Positions 21,262 through 30,679 of a stretch of 59,938 nucleotides of DNA are shown in pieces; within the stretch, counting starts at the first letter, position 1, and every line of letters begins with the position of its first letter. Source of the DNA: Ilumatobacteraceae bacterium (GTDB taxonomy: Bacteria > Actinomycetota > Acidimicrobiia > Acidimicrobiales > Ilumatobacteraceae); contig DAISXE010000001.1 of assembly GCA_036826015.1 (NCBI GenBank), positions 1-59,938 on the forward strand. Reading direction: 5' to 3'. The position numbers were made by a program, and so were the translations under genes. A model generated the notes under the pieces. That model was not told where the DNA came from. It saw only the letters and a list, made by a program, of their open reading frames with translations, and did no database searches.

Positions 21262-22433
21262 GCGGTGACCCACTGTTGCCGAACGACTGGCACGATGATC
21301 CGTGGGATGACGTTGCGTTTCTTGACGATAATTCGCTTGGTGCAGAGCCTCCAGCCCTAGACGAGTTCCGTGGGCCACTTCGACTGATGGTCACAGTGCT
21401 TGTCGCTACCGTATTGCTTCTCGGCGTGATGGGGTGGTGGGTTGTTCACGCACTCAACCCGTCGGGGGAGCCTGCTGCTGCGGTGAACTTCACTGTGAAT
21501 GAAGGCGACACTGTCAGTACGGTGGCCAGTCGCTTGGAAGATTTGAAGATCATTGGGAATGCGACACTTTTTCGTTGGTATGTCTCAACCAAAGGCGGCA
21601 TCACTCTTGTCCCTGGGTACTACTCGTTACGGCCACAGGATAACGCAGGGTCAATCATTGAATCTCTGTCCACACCGCCTGCACAGACATTCATCTCTGT
21701 CACTTTTCCAGAAGGAATGACCTTGTCGCAGATGGCAGATCGTCTTGCCCAAAAGATGTCATTCATGCAGGCCACTGATTTCATCGCAGCCGCTAATGAT
21801 CCCGCCGTTGTCGCAGAGTTGCGACCAAAAGGTGTTACCTCTCTTGAAGGGCTGTTATTTCCCGACACATATCAAATTTCTGGCGACGACAATGAGTCGC
21901 GAGTTGTTGCTCGATTGGTCAGCATGATGGAGCGAGTATCACGCCAGGTTGACCTCACTGCAGGAGCCAAATTGCGTGGGTATTCACCTTATGAGGTGTT
22001 GATTATTGCGTCACTAATAGAGCGTGAAGCGAAGGTATCTGGCGACAGAGCAAAGATTGCTCAAGTTATTTACAACCGTCTCGCCAAAAAGATGACGTTA
22101 GATATTGATGCAAGTGTGATGTATGGCCAAGACCCCTCTTTGTCGTGGTCACAGATGAAGGGCAATGACACTCCGTACAACTTGTATTTGAAGAAGGGCC
22201 TGCCGCCAACGCCGATTGCTAATCCAGGCAAAGCATCCATTTTGGCTGCGTTGTCTCCGGCAGGGGCGCCGACATCGTCGGATGAAGCGTGTGTTGGGTT
22301 GGTGAAGGGTACAAAATGCGAGTACTTGTATTACGTGCTTGCAGATACTTCCGGTCGTCATGTCTTTGCAACCACATATGAACAACATCTTGCAAATGTG
22401 CAAAAGGCTAAAGATGCAGGAATCTTGCCATGA
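21258..22433 (+). CDS. mltG: Endolytic murein transglycosylase MltG (YceG family)
   Basis: N-terminal TM helix and the YceG core (EG.LFPDTY, ASLIEREA, YNLY...GLPP.PI.NPG). Confidence 0.9.
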   Translation: MSGDPLLPNDWHDDPWDDVAFLDDNSLGAEPPALDEFRGPLRLMVTVLVATVLLLGVMGWWVVHALNPSGEPAAAVNFTVNEGDTVSTVASRLEDLKIIGNATLFRWYVSTKGGITLVPGYYSLRPQDNAGSIIESLSTPPAQTFISVTFPEGMTLSQMADRLAQKMSFMQATDFIAAANDPAVVAELRPKGVTSLEGLLFPDTYQISGDDNESRVVARLVSMMERVSRQVDLTAGAKLRGYSPYEVLIIASLIEREAKVSGDRAKIAQVIYNRLAKKMTLDIDASVMYGQDPSLSWSQMKGNDTPYNLYLKKGLPPTPIANPGKASILAALSPAGAPTSSDEACVGLVKGTKCEYLYYVLADTSGRHVFATTYEQHLANVQKAKDAGILP

Positions 22434-23251
22434 GTGTTATCGCTGCAGTTCTTGGCTCTCCAGTGTCTCATTCGTTATCGCCCGCTATTCATCGCGCAGC
22501 GTTTACAGCCGCTGGGCGGGTAGGAGACTATTCAGCAATTGAATGTCAAGCAAAGACTCTGGAATCCACTTTGAATTCGCTGCGTGATGGCGGCGCAATC
22601 GGTGCGTCAATCACGATGCCTCTAAAAGAGGATGTCATTACGTATCTTTCGTCTGTTAGCGACACTGCGAAAGAGTTGAATGCCGTGAATTGCGTGGTAT
22701 TTGCAAACGGGCAGGCGATTGGACACAACACGGATGGTGATGGTTGTTGCGACGCTCTCGTAGAACAAGGAGGAGCGAATCTTTCCAACGCCTCGGTAGT
22801 GCTTTTGGGTGGTGGTGGTACTGCTCGTGCGATTGCATTGAGTGTGTTGCGGCGCGGTGCACAAGTAATTGTCATTAATCGAACAACAGAAAAAGCTGAC
22901 TCAATGGTGAGGTCGTTATCTTCCTACGGTCAGATCACGGTTGGGTCCGTCGCAGATATTGCTCAGGCCGATGTCGTTGTTAACGCAACGTCAGTGGGCA
23001 TGAACTCCACTGAATCGCCCGTGGATGTGACGCTTCTTCATCCAGGTCTTATTGTTCTCGATGCGGTGTATTCGCCAATGGAGACGACTTTGCTGGCCGC
23101 AGCGCGACGCGCTGGCTGTGTGGTGATAGATGGCTTGTGGATGTTGATTCACCAAGCTCGTCACCAACAAATTCTGTGGTTTGGTCAGGATCCAAGCGCT
23201 GAAGTAATGCGTTCGGCAGCGGAACAAGAACTCGCGAGTCGCCGGAAGTAG
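22430..23251 (+). CDS. aroE: Shikimate dehydrogenase
   Basis: LG.PV.HSLSP.IH, S.TMPLK, NTDG.G, and the GGGGTARA Rossmann motif. Confidence 0.9.
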   Translation: MSVIAAVLGSPVSHSLSPAIHRAAFTAAGRVGDYSAIECQAKTLESTLNSLRDGGAIGASITMPLKEDVITYLSSVSDTAKELNAVNCVVFANGQAIGHNTDGDGCCDALVEQGGANLSNASVVLLGGGGTARAIALSVLRRGAQVIVINRTTEKADSMVRSLSSYGQITVGSVADIAQADVVVNATSVGMNSTESPVDVTLLHPGLIVLDAVYSPMETTLLAAARRAGCVVIDGLWMLIHQARHQQILWFGQDPSAEVMRSAAEQELASRRK

Positions 23252-23260
23252 TCTGAACCC

Positions 23261-24427
23261 GTGCTTAGATACCTCACCGCTGGCGAATCTCATGGTCGCG
23301 CCCTGACAGTCATTGTTGAGGGTTTGCCATCTGGCCTGCCAATCTTGGCCTCACACATTGAAGATGAATTGGCTCGACGTCGCCTCGGGTACGGCCGTGG
23401 TCCACGGCAACGATTTGAACAAGATGTCGTCACTCTTGTTGGTGGCGTGCGTCATGGGCGCACTTTGGGATCCCCGGTTGCGATCGAGATTCAGAACTCT
23501 GAATGGTTCCGTAGCGATAAATGGCATGCAGAGATGTCGCCTGAACCGGGGAAAACTGAATCTCCCCTCACTCAGCCTCGACCAGGTCATGCCGACTTGG
23601 TGGGAATGCAGAAGTACGGCTTCTCTGACGCCCGCGATGTTCTCGAACGAGCAAGCGCACGTGAAACTGCTGCTCGTGTTGCCGCCGGTGCTCTCGCAAA
23701 ACAATTGTTATCGCATCTGGGTGTTGGGGTGCTTAGTCATGTCACACAGTTAGGTCATGTCCGCGCACCTTCAAATGTCCTCCCCACCATGGCAGACCTT
23801 CAGGTCATCGACACTTCTGAAGTGCGTTGTTTCGACGCAGGTACGGAAGACGCGATGATTACTGCCATCAAAGATGCAGCGCGCGAGGGTGATTCACTCG
23901 GCGGCATTGTTGAAGCAATTGCGTACGGAGTTCCTATTGGGCTCGGCAGTCATGTGCATTGGGATCGAAAGATTGATGCTCTGTTGGCTCAAGCGGTCAT
24001 GAGTATCCAAGCCGTCAAGGGTTGTGAAATAGGAGATGGTTTTGAAGTCGCAGGCTTGCGTGGCAGTCAAGCCCATGACCCCATCTCTTGGGATGCTGTC
24101 AATCATCGTTACGAACGAGAAGGTCATCGTTCTGGTGGTACCGAAGGTGGCATAACAACTGGAGAGCCTCTTATTGTCCGTGCAGCGATGAAGCCTTTGG
24201 CAACTCTCAACAAGCCAACATTGAAGACTGTCGACGTTGTTACGAAGGAAGAAACGGTGAGTTTCAAAGAGCGCACAGACGTCACAGCTGTGCCTGCATT
24301 GGGTGTCATAGTCGAAACGATGGTGGCATTGGTTCTTGCAGCGGAAGCGCAACGTAAGTTTGGCGGAGACTCCTTGTCAGAATTCGTTCGCAATGCAACT
24401 GCGTTTCGGGCAACACTGGAGTCGTGA
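23261..24427 (+). CDS. aroC: Chorismate synthase
   Basis: MLRYLTAGESHG, RPGHAD..G..KY, and ERASARETAARV. Confidence 0.95.
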   Translation: MLRYLTAGESHGRALTVIVEGLPSGLPILASHIEDELARRRLGYGRGPRQRFEQDVVTLVGGVRHGRTLGSPVAIEIQNSEWFRSDKWHAEMSPEPGKTESPLTQPRPGHADLVGMQKYGFSDARDVLERASARETAARVAAGALAKQLLSHLGVGVLSHVTQLGHVRAPSNVLPTMADLQVIDTSEVRCFDAGTEDAMITAIKDAAREGDSLGGIVEAIAYGVPIGLGSHVHWDRKIDALLAQAVMSIQAVKGCEIGDGFEVAGLRGSQAHDPISWDAVNHRYEREGHRSGGTEGGITTGEPLIVRAAMKPLATLNKPTLKTVDVVTKEETVSFKERTDVTAVPALGVIVETMVALVLAAEAQRKFGGDSLSEFVRNATAFRATLES

Positions 24428-24987
24428 CCACTGGAACTGAAACCATTGTCCTTGTGGGGCTAATGGGTACGGGTAAGACCACAATTGCGAAGGTGTTAGC
24501 AACACGCAGAGGGCTCGAGTGCCTCGATACAGATCGCATGATTGAATCCCGCGAAGGTAAATCTGTACGCGATATTTTCTCGAATGATGGGGAAGATGCT
24601 TTCCGTTCTCATGAGACGGCAATGCTGACCGAATGTCTTCAGCGTCCTGGTGGTGTCGTAATCGCAGCTGCTGGGGGAGCCGTTGTGCGTGAAGAAAATC
24701 GTCGAGTTTTGGATGATGCGCGTCAACAAAAAGGCGTGATAGTCGTGTGGCTTCATGCGCGACCAGAGGTTCTTGCGCAACGAACCGCAAAGGGCGTACA
24801 TCGTCCTTTGCTTGATCAAAATAGACAAGCAACTCTTGAAAAGATGTCCGAAGAACGGGGGCCGCTCTATGCGTCTGTTGCGGACATTGTGATTGATGTG
24901 TCAGACCGAGATGTCGACTCAATCGTGGGCTTGCTAGTAGAGGCGCTTGACGAGGGCCAGATGATGTTAGATGGTAGTAATGGGTGA
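24424..24987 (+). CDS. aroK: Shikimate kinase
   Basis: LVGLMGTGKTT.. P-loop, D.D..IE...G.S...IF...GE..FR..E. GTGA overlap with aroC. Confidence 0.9.
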   Translation: MTTGTETIVLVGLMGTGKTTIAKVLATRRGLECLDTDRMIESREGKSVRDIFSNDGEDAFRSHETAMLTECLQRPGGVVIAAAGGAVVREENRRVLDDARQQKGVIVVWLHARPEVLAQRTAKGVHRPLLDQNRQATLEKMSEERGPLYASVADIVIDVSDRDVDSIVGLLVEALDEGQMMLDGSNG

Positions 24988-26014
24988 CATGATCGACGTT
25001 CCTGTAGAGCTTGGCGATAGGTCGTACCTCGTTGCGGTGGGTCATGGTGCGCGTTCACGAGTTGCATCAATGTTGCCTAATGGCGCAAAGAGAGTGGCGA
25101 TTGTGACTCAAGAAGGTATTCCTTCTGAGTATCTTCCACGCCTTGATGGGTACGCAGTTACGCATCACGTCATTGGCAATGGTGAAGCACATAAGTCTCT
25201 TTCGACGATTGAAAAACTCTGTAGCGAGTTCGCACAAGCTGGCCTGACGCGAGCTGATGTTGTTGTCGGTGTGGGCGGAGGCATGGTCACAGACGTTGCA
25301 GGTTTTGCTGCTGCGTCGTATCACCGTGGCATTGCAGTAGTACATGTGGCAACAACGCTTCTTGCAATGATTGACGCTGCAATTGGCGGCAAGACGGGCG
25401 TCAATATTGCAGAAGGAAAGAATCTTGTGGGCGCATTCTGGCAACCACATGGCGTCGCCTGTGAGATGGACGCATTGGCTACTTTGCCAGAGCGTGAGAT
25501 GCGTTGTGGTCTTGGCGAGATGGCGAAGTATCACTTCATCGCGCGAGAAGATTTCACTTCGTTGCCGCTCGTTAATCGGGTAGCACGATGTGCAGAAATC
25601 AAGGCAAACATTGTGTCAGCCGATGAAAGAGAGGGCGGGCAACGTGCTCTCCTTAATTACGGTCACACGTTGGCTCACGCGCTCGAAATTGCAACCGAAT
25701 TCTCGATAGCCCATGGTGAAGCCGTTGCAGTCGGAGTGCTCTATGCATCCCATCTTGCACACCGCATGGGACGCATTAGTTCTGCACGAGTGGATGCACA
25801 TTATGAGGTCGTGCACGGCCTGTATGGGCTGCACCACCCATTGCCAACTGGTATTAGCCCAGAGCAACTGATTATTGATATGGGTCGAGATAAGAAGGCG
25901 ATCGATTCTTTGACGTTTGTTCTTGACTCTGCGGAAGGTCTTGAAGTGGTGTCGGGTGTTTCCGAACAACACATCCGCGAAGCCCTGGCGGACTTGACGC
26001 TTCGACTCGGTTAA
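24971..26014 (+). CDS. aroB: 3-dehydroquinate synthase
   Basis: GGGMVTDVAGFAAASYHRGI..VHV.TTLLAM.DAAIGGKTGVN, and HGEAVA.G. In-frame ATGs at 24980 and 24989 are alternative starts. Confidence 0.9.
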   Translation: MVVMGDMIDVPVELGDRSYLVAVGHGARSRVASMLPNGAKRVAIVTQEGIPSEYLPRLDGYAVTHHVIGNGEAHKSLSTIEKLCSEFAQAGLTRADVVVGVGGGMVTDVAGFAAASYHRGIAVVHVATTLLAMIDAAIGGKTGVNIAEGKNLVGAFWQPHGVACEMDALATLPEREMRCGLGEMAKYHFIAREDFTSLPLVNRVARCAEIKANIVSADEREGGQRALLNYGHTLAHALEIATEFSIAHGEAVAVGVLYASHLAHRMGRISSARVDAHYEVVHGLYGLHHPLPTGISPEQLIIDMGRDKKAIDSLTFVLDSAEGLEVVSGVSEQHIREALADLTLRLG

Positions 26015-26016
26015 TT

Positions 26017-26559
26017 ATGTATCGCACCGAGCGATTATTGATGCGCGAATGGCGTGCGACAGATATTGAACCTTTCGCTGTGATGTGTAGCGATGAAGAA
26101 GTCATGAGATATTTCCCGTCAGTGATGACCTATGACGAATGTTCTGCTTTCGTTGAACGGGCAGGTGCGCAATTCTCCAAACACGGCTATGGGCTGTGGG
26201 TGCTTGAAGTTGATGGTGCGTTTGCTGGTTTCACTGGTCTGGCGCATGCAAGGTTTGAGACGGCGTTCACTCCGTGTGTGGAAGTGGGTTGGCGGCTCGC
26301 TTCGTGGGCTTGGGACAAGGGTTATGCCACCGAGGCAGCGAAGGAATCGCTTCGAATCGGATTTGAAGAGCATGGCATTGCCGAGATCTTTTCGTTTACG
26401 ACACAGACGAATGCGCCCAGTGAGGCTGTGATGAAGCGGATCGGAATGAAGCGTCGTGATGACCTTGATTTTGATCATCCGAACACGCCAGGGTGGTGGG
26501 GGGAACCACATATCGTTTATTCCATCGATCGGAGTACTTGGGACGAGTACGGTTGCTGA
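26017..26559 (+). CDS. GNAT-family N-acetyltransferase (RimJ/RimL-like)
   Basis: TERLLMREW...D...F......EVMRYF, with an acetyl-CoA-binding-like W.KGYATEAAK region. 180 aa. Confidence 0.65.
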   Translation: MYRTERLLMREWRATDIEPFAVMCSDEEVMRYFPSVMTYDECSAFVERAGAQFSKHGYGLWVLEVDGAFAGFTGLAHARFETAFTPCVEVGWRLASWAWDKGYATEAAKESLRIGFEEHGIAEIFSFTTQTNAPSEAVMKRIGMKRRDDLDFDHPNTPGWWGEPHIVYSIDRSTWDEYGC

Positions 26560-26560
26560 T

Positions 26561-27001
26561 ATGACGTTGTCTTCAGTTCTGGTCATTCATGGGCCCAATC
26601 TCAATCTTCTCGGAACTCGTGAACCCGAGATCTATGGCACCACAACGTTGGCCGACCACGTCGAGTCTGTCCGCGTAGCGGCATCTGCACATGGTGTGTC
26701 GGTTGTAGATGTGCAGTCAAATGCGGAACAAGAAATTGTTGCAACCATTCATGCTGCAATTGGAAAACATGACGGAATCATTATCAACGCCGGTGCGTTT
26801 ACGCATTACTCGTGGGCCATCCATGATGCATTGAAGTCATTTCCTGGTCATGTGGTGGAAGTGCACCTTTCAAACCCAGGAGCTCGTGAAGGTTTCCGGC
26901 ACGTCAGTGTCTTGGCGCCAGTTGTAAGTGGCACCATTTCAGGTTTTGGTGGTCTTGGTTACGCCCTTGCTGTCGAAGCACTTGTTGAATTAACGCACTA
27001 G
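26561..27001 (+). CDS. aroQ: Type II 3-dehydroquinate dehydratase
   Basis: VLVIHGPNLNLLGTREPEIYG, INAGAFTHYS.A..DA, and EVHLSN. ATG lies 2 nt after the GNAT stop. The track ORF from 26456 is an extension. Confidence 0.9.
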   Translation: MTLSSVLVIHGPNLNLLGTREPEIYGTTTLADHVESVRVAASAHGVSVVDVQSNAEQEIVATIHAAIGKHDGIIINAGAFTHYSWAIHDALKSFPGHVVEVHLSNPGAREGFRHVSVLAPVVSGTISGFGGLGYALAVEALVELTH

Positions 27002-27003
27002 AC

Positions 27004-28089
27004 ATGAACGTCTCGCGTCGACTTGAGGCATTTGCAAAATCTATTGGTGGATGTCATCTTGTGTTGCGGATGGAAGACATTCGGTGGCTGACGGGTTTCA
27101 CCGGCAGTACCGCACAATTGTTGGTGAATGCTGACTCGGGAGAGTCTTGGTTGCTGGTAGATGGTCGTTATGTGGAGCGCGCTTCCGAAGAATTACGTTT
27201 CGCTCAATCAACAACATTTGTTGAACCTGTCGTCGGCGGTGCTTTGTTAGATGATGTGTTGCAAAAGTTGGTCGGTTCATCATCAATCGGAGTAGATCCT
27301 GCGCATCTCACTGCTGCTCACATGGACACACTCTGCACGAAGTTCTCAGTAGAGAAAATTGCATCTCCGTGTGATGATCTGCGCAGGGTGAAAGACGACG
27401 ACGAGATTGCTGCCATATCTCAGGCCGCATCTATTGCAGATGGCGCATTGCAGCAAGTAGTTGCAGATGGATTGTGTGGCCATACCGAAAAACAAGTGCG
27501 CGTTCAGTTGGACTACCTGATGAAGTTGGCCGGAGCCGACGATGTTGGTTTTGACACAATTGTGGCAACAGGCGTTCACGGTGCGCGACCACATCATGAA
27601 CCGTCTGACATGATCATCGAAGACGGACACGGAGTCATTATCGATATGGGCGCCCTGGTGAATGGGTACCGCAGTGATATGACGCGCACTATCAAGGTGG
27701 GTTCAGTGTCAAGAGAATACGAACAGATGTGGGACATCGTCCGTGAGGCCCAGAAAGCGGGCGTAGCCGCGGTGCGAGAAGGTGTTGTTGGCTCAGAAGT
27801 TGATGCTGCGGTGTGCGCGATATTTGAACGCGAAGGCGTGCGACATGAATATCCTCACGGCACAGGTCATGGAGTTGGTCTCTATATTCATGAACCTCCC
27901 ATCTTTTCTCCTCGTTGTACAGCAGTACTTGGCAACAATGAGGTGGTGACCGTCGAGCCTGGGCTCTATCGTGGAGGGGTCGGCGGCGTCCGGATCGAGG
28001 ATTTGGTCGTTGTCACCGGCAATACGTGCCGCATTCTTACTCTCACTCCCAAGGACCTCACATGCCCGCGATCACCACAAACGATCTAA
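27004..28089 (+). CDS. M24-family Xaa-Pro aminopeptidase/dipeptidase
   Basis: Creatinase-like N-domain plus the M24 metal ligands (D.G....[28 protein letters not shown]). Confidence 0.85.
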   Translation: MNVSRRLEAFAKSIGGCHLVLRMEDIRWLTGFTGSTAQLLVNADSGESWLLVDGRYVERASEELRFAQSTTFVEPVVGGALLDDVLQKLVGSSSIGVDPAHLTAAHMDTLCTKFSVEKIASPCDDLRRVKDDDEIAAISQAASIADGALQQVVADGLCGHTEKQVRVQLDYLMKLAGADDVGFDTIVATGVHGARPHHEPSDMIIEDGHGVIIDMGALVNGYRSDMTRTIKVGSVSREYEQMWDIVREAQKAGVAAVREGVVGSEVDAAVCAIFEREGVRHEYPHGTGHGVGLYIHEPPIFSPRCTAVLGNNEVVTVEPGLYRGGVGGVRIEDLVVVTGNTCRILTLTPKDLTCPRSPQTI

Positions 28090-28625
28090 AGAACGGAATC
28101 ACTCTTGAACTAGACAATGGTCTGTTCACAGTCGTCGAATTTCAACACGTGAAGCCTGGCAAGGGTGGAGCCTTTGTTCGCACCAAATTGCGCAACTTGC
28201 GTAACGGCAACGTTTTTGAAAAGACTTTTAACGCAGGCATTCGTGTGGAGCAGGCAATTCTCGACAAGCGTGACATGCAGTTCCTGTACAAAGACGGCGA
28301 CGATTTTGTATTCATGGATACCGAGTCGTACGACCAGATGAACATTTCTCCAATAGCCCTTGGCGATGCTGCCGATTATTTGGTTGAGTCGGCAATGGCG
28401 ATTATCGCTCTTCATAATGGCGAGATTGTCACAGTGGAAATTCCAGCATCTGCTGAGTTGGTCATCGCAGACACAGAGCCAGGCGTGCAGGGCGATCGCG
28501 TCTCTGGAGCACGTAAGCCAGCCACATTGGAAACTGGCAAAGTGATTCAAGTTCCGTTGTTCGTCAACGTGGGCGACAAGGTGAAGGTTGATACCCGCAC
28601 CGGCGATTACGTGACGCGCGTCTGA
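28062..28625 (+). CDS. efp: Elongation factor P
   Basis: TNDLKNG...[27 protein letters not shown]. The ATG at 28062 overlaps the peptidase 3' end by 28 nt. Confidence 0.9.
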   Translation: MPAITTNDLKNGITLELDNGLFTVVEFQHVKPGKGGAFVRTKLRNLRNGNVFEKTFNAGIRVEQAILDKRDMQFLYKDGDDFVFMDTESYDQMNISPIALGDAADYLVESAMAIIALHNGEIVTVEIPASAELVIADTEPGVQGDRVSGARKPATLETGKVIQVPLFVNVGDKVKVDTRTGDYVTRV

Positions 28626-29050
28626 TGGCGCGAGACCCAGAGTCATTTCGCACCAGCGACGAAAGAACAGATGCCCGCGAGCAGGCGGTTATTTTGTTGT
28701 ACGAATCTGAACAACGATCAATTTCGCCTCTTGATATTTTAGAAGAACGTGGGGTGGCATCTGCTGATCTCACAAGTTTGTTGCTGCATGGCGTACAAGA
28801 AGGCAAACCAAATATCGACGAATTGATTGTCAGTCATGCAAAAGGTTGGGCTATCGATCGAATGCCAGCCCTTGATCGTGCAATTTTGAGATTAGGAATT
28901 TACGAACTCTTGTCACGCCCAGATGTTCCGGTAGCTGTTGTCATTGATGAAGCGGTTGAGTTGGCTAAGAGATTTTCAACAGATGATTCAGGACGATTTG
29001 TAAACGGCGTGTTGGCCGCGGTTGCAAAAAACGCCAGGTCTGACGGCTAG
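28625..29050 (+). CDS. nusB: Transcription antitermination factor NusB
   Basis: R..ARE.A...LYE.E, W...R....DR.ILRLG.YEL, VAV.IDEAVELAK.FS and FVNGVL. Overlaps the efp stop by 1 nt. Confidence 0.9.
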   Translation: MARDPESFRTSDERTDAREQAVILLYESEQRSISPLDILEERGVASADLTSLLLHGVQEGKPNIDELIVSHAKGWAIDRMPALDRAILRLGIYELLSRPDVPVAVVIDEAVELAKRFSTDDSGRFVNGVLAAVAKNARSDG

Positions 29051-29059
29051 ATCGTTTTC

Positions 29060-30523
29060 ATGATGTCGGGGGCACTTGCACGGCGAGGTCGAAACGTAAC
29101 GACTTCGGTGCGCGATGCATCGCCTTGGACATGGCTACTGATTGCAGCCATCATCGCTCACGTCATCGTCGTGACCAGATTGCAGTGGGATATTCACCGT
29201 GGACTAGGTACTGCCTCGTACGACGTTGGGTTATACGACCAAGGCATCTGGTTAATGTCTCGATTCGAAGCGCCCTTTGTCACTCTGATGGGGCGCAATC
29301 TCATGGGGGATCACGCGTCGCTCATTTTGTTCTTTGTAGTACCGCTGTATTGGCTATTTCCAGGAACGGAAACGCTTCTTGCGATGCAGGCAGTAGTTAT
29401 TGCAGCCGGGGCCATACCTATTTATATTTTTGCACGTCGCTTTCTTAGTAGTTCCTTCCTTGGTTTTTTGTTTGGGGTTGTATGGCTCGTTAACCCAGCA
29501 GTCAATGGCACGAACATGGAGAACTATCACCCAGACTCTTTTTTGGGCTTACTTGTTCCGATTGCGATGGTGAGCGCATTGTCAAAAAACTGGCGTGGTT
29601 ACTGGATTGCCCTGGTGCTGTGCCTGTTAGTAAAAGAAGACGTGGTCTTGATTGTGCTGCCACTTGGGGCACTGATTGCGCTGCGCGGCGATATTCGTCG
29701 TGGAATCATCACGATGGGGGCAGGGATCGCTGCATCCTTGGCGGGGATGTATTTATTGATGCGTAGTCTCATCGGTGTTCCCACTCGTAACGGATGGCGA
29801 ATTCCTTTTGGTGGTGTGTGGGGATTTATCAATGAAACTTTCACAAACCCTACGAATGTGTATCGATACCTCACATCAGAAGGTCGTCTGATGTATCTCT
29901 GGAAGATGTTTGCGCCGTTGGCGCTGATGAGTTTCCTGGCACCTGAAATAGCAGCGGTGAGCATTCTTGTTATCGCATTTAATGTGATTAGCAATTTTTG
30001 GTACCAATTCCATATTGAATATCACTATTCGATTGTTGCCGTACCCGCCCTAGTTCTTGCCGCAGTGGTCGGTGCTGGTCGACTGCCACAGCGTTGGAAG
30101 TATGGCGTGGTGTGCATAGTGGCAATGTCATCTTTAGTCGCAGGCTATTCATGGTCATATGTTCCATTTCGCGCCTCGGAACTGCCACATTGGGGCGCAC
30201 AACATCCCACGGCTGTGGCTGCGCGAGACATCTTGAAAAAGTTGCCCCAGGATGCTGTTGTTTCGGTTCAATATTCTTTGGCGCCTCACGTGGCTCATCG
30301 AAAAGAGATCTACCAATTCCCCAATCCATTTCGTACGGTGCTGTACGGAACAGATATCTCACGCGAGGGGGAGCGAAACCCGCGCGCAGACGGAGTGCAG
30401 TATGTGGTGCTGCCACGCCAACGAGATGATGAGATGGCTAAGGACTGGGCTCTCGCCTCGGCAGATTTTGAGGAGTTTGCCAGTAATGAGCATTGGCAGA
30501 TATTTATTCGTCGGTCCCCCTAG
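29060..30523 (+). CDS. Polytopic membrane protein, DUF2079-like (GT-C-like fold suspected)
   Basis: About 10 or more predicted TM helices. The N-terminal DVGLYDQGIWL......F.T..G.N..GDH.S motif matches my recollection of DUF2079. C-terminal soluble tail. Confidence 0.5.
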   Translation: MMSGALARRGRNVTTSVRDASPWTWLLIAAIIAHVIVVTRLQWDIHRGLGTASYDVGLYDQGIWLMSRFEAPFVTLMGRNLMGDHASLILFFVVPLYWLFPGTETLLAMQAVVIAAGAIPIYIFARRFLSSSFLGFLFGVVWLVNPAVNGTNMENYHPDSFLGLLVPIAMVSALSKNWRGYWIALVLCLLVKEDVVLIVLPLGALIALRGDIRRGIITMGAGIAASLAGMYLLMRSLIGVPTRNGWRIPFGGVWGFINETFTNPTNVYRYLTSEGRLMYLWKMFAPLALMSFLAPEIAAVSILVIAFNVISNFWYQFHIEYHYSIVAVPALVLAAVVGAGRLPQRWKYGVVCIVAMSSLVAGYSWSYVPFRASELPHWGAQHPTAVAARDILKKLPQDAVVSVQYSLAPHVAHRKEIYQFPNPFRTVLYGTDISREGERNPRADGVQYVVLPRQRDDEMAKDWALASADFEEFASNEHWQIFIRRSP

Positions 30524-30567
30524 CCCTGGCTGACATTGGTGGTGTATAGTTGAGACAACCGTAAAAC

Positions 30568-30595
30568 GAGTCCTGTGAGGCTCGAACGGAAGGAC
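30568..30595 (+). promoter_or_regulatory. PyrR-binding RNA hairpin (pyr leader binding loop)
   Basis: GAGUCCUGUGAGGCUCGAACGGAAGGAC closely matches the PyrR binding-loop consensus (A/G)RUCCAGAGAGGCU...AAGGAC. A GUCCU/AGGAC stem closes it. Located upstream of pyrR. Confidence 0.7.
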
Positions 30596-30626
30596 ATAGA
30601 TGATTCAACGAGTTCTCATGCACGCA

Positions 30627-30652
30627 CGCCCCTCGCGAGGGGCGTTTTTCTT
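30627..30652 (+). terminator. Intrinsic terminator (attenuator) in the pyrR leader
   Basis: 7-bp GC-rich stem CGCCCCT/AGGGGCG with a CGCG tetraloop, followed by TTTTTCTT. It lies between the PyrR-binding loop and the pyrR start. Confidence 0.7.
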
Positions 30653-30679
30653 GCCCACACTGCGGTCAAGGTGCGCGTT

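Noticed and set aside
24377-25045. Long antisense ORFs (222 aa here). Others include 10033-10629, 42611-43180, 16829-17398, 52475-52999, 5420-5932, 6389-6901 and 20685-21164 on the - strand.
   Set aside because: Each lies entirely opposite a strongly recognisable + strand housekeeping gene. Their compositions are Arg/Ser/Cys/His-rich and odd, with no recognisable motifs. They are typical shadow ORFs.
26017-26559. The idea that the GNAT in the aro operon is the missing N-acetylglutamate synthase compensating for the absent argJ.
   Set aside because: The sequence pattern is RimJ/RimL-like, not ArgA or short-NAGS-like, and there is no linkage to the arg genes. Pure speculation.
30575-30679. Track ORF start at 30575 for pyrR. 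Similar upstream extensions occur at 4657 (ruvA), 8360 (yajC), 16638 (rarA), 26456 (aroQ), 28026 (efp), 39679 (rpoZ), 41266 (metK) and 58411 (argH).
   Set aside because: The extensions overlap the preceding gene or, for pyrR, read through the PyrR loop and terminator. Homology starts at internal ATG or GTG codons that directly follow the upstream stop or an SD.
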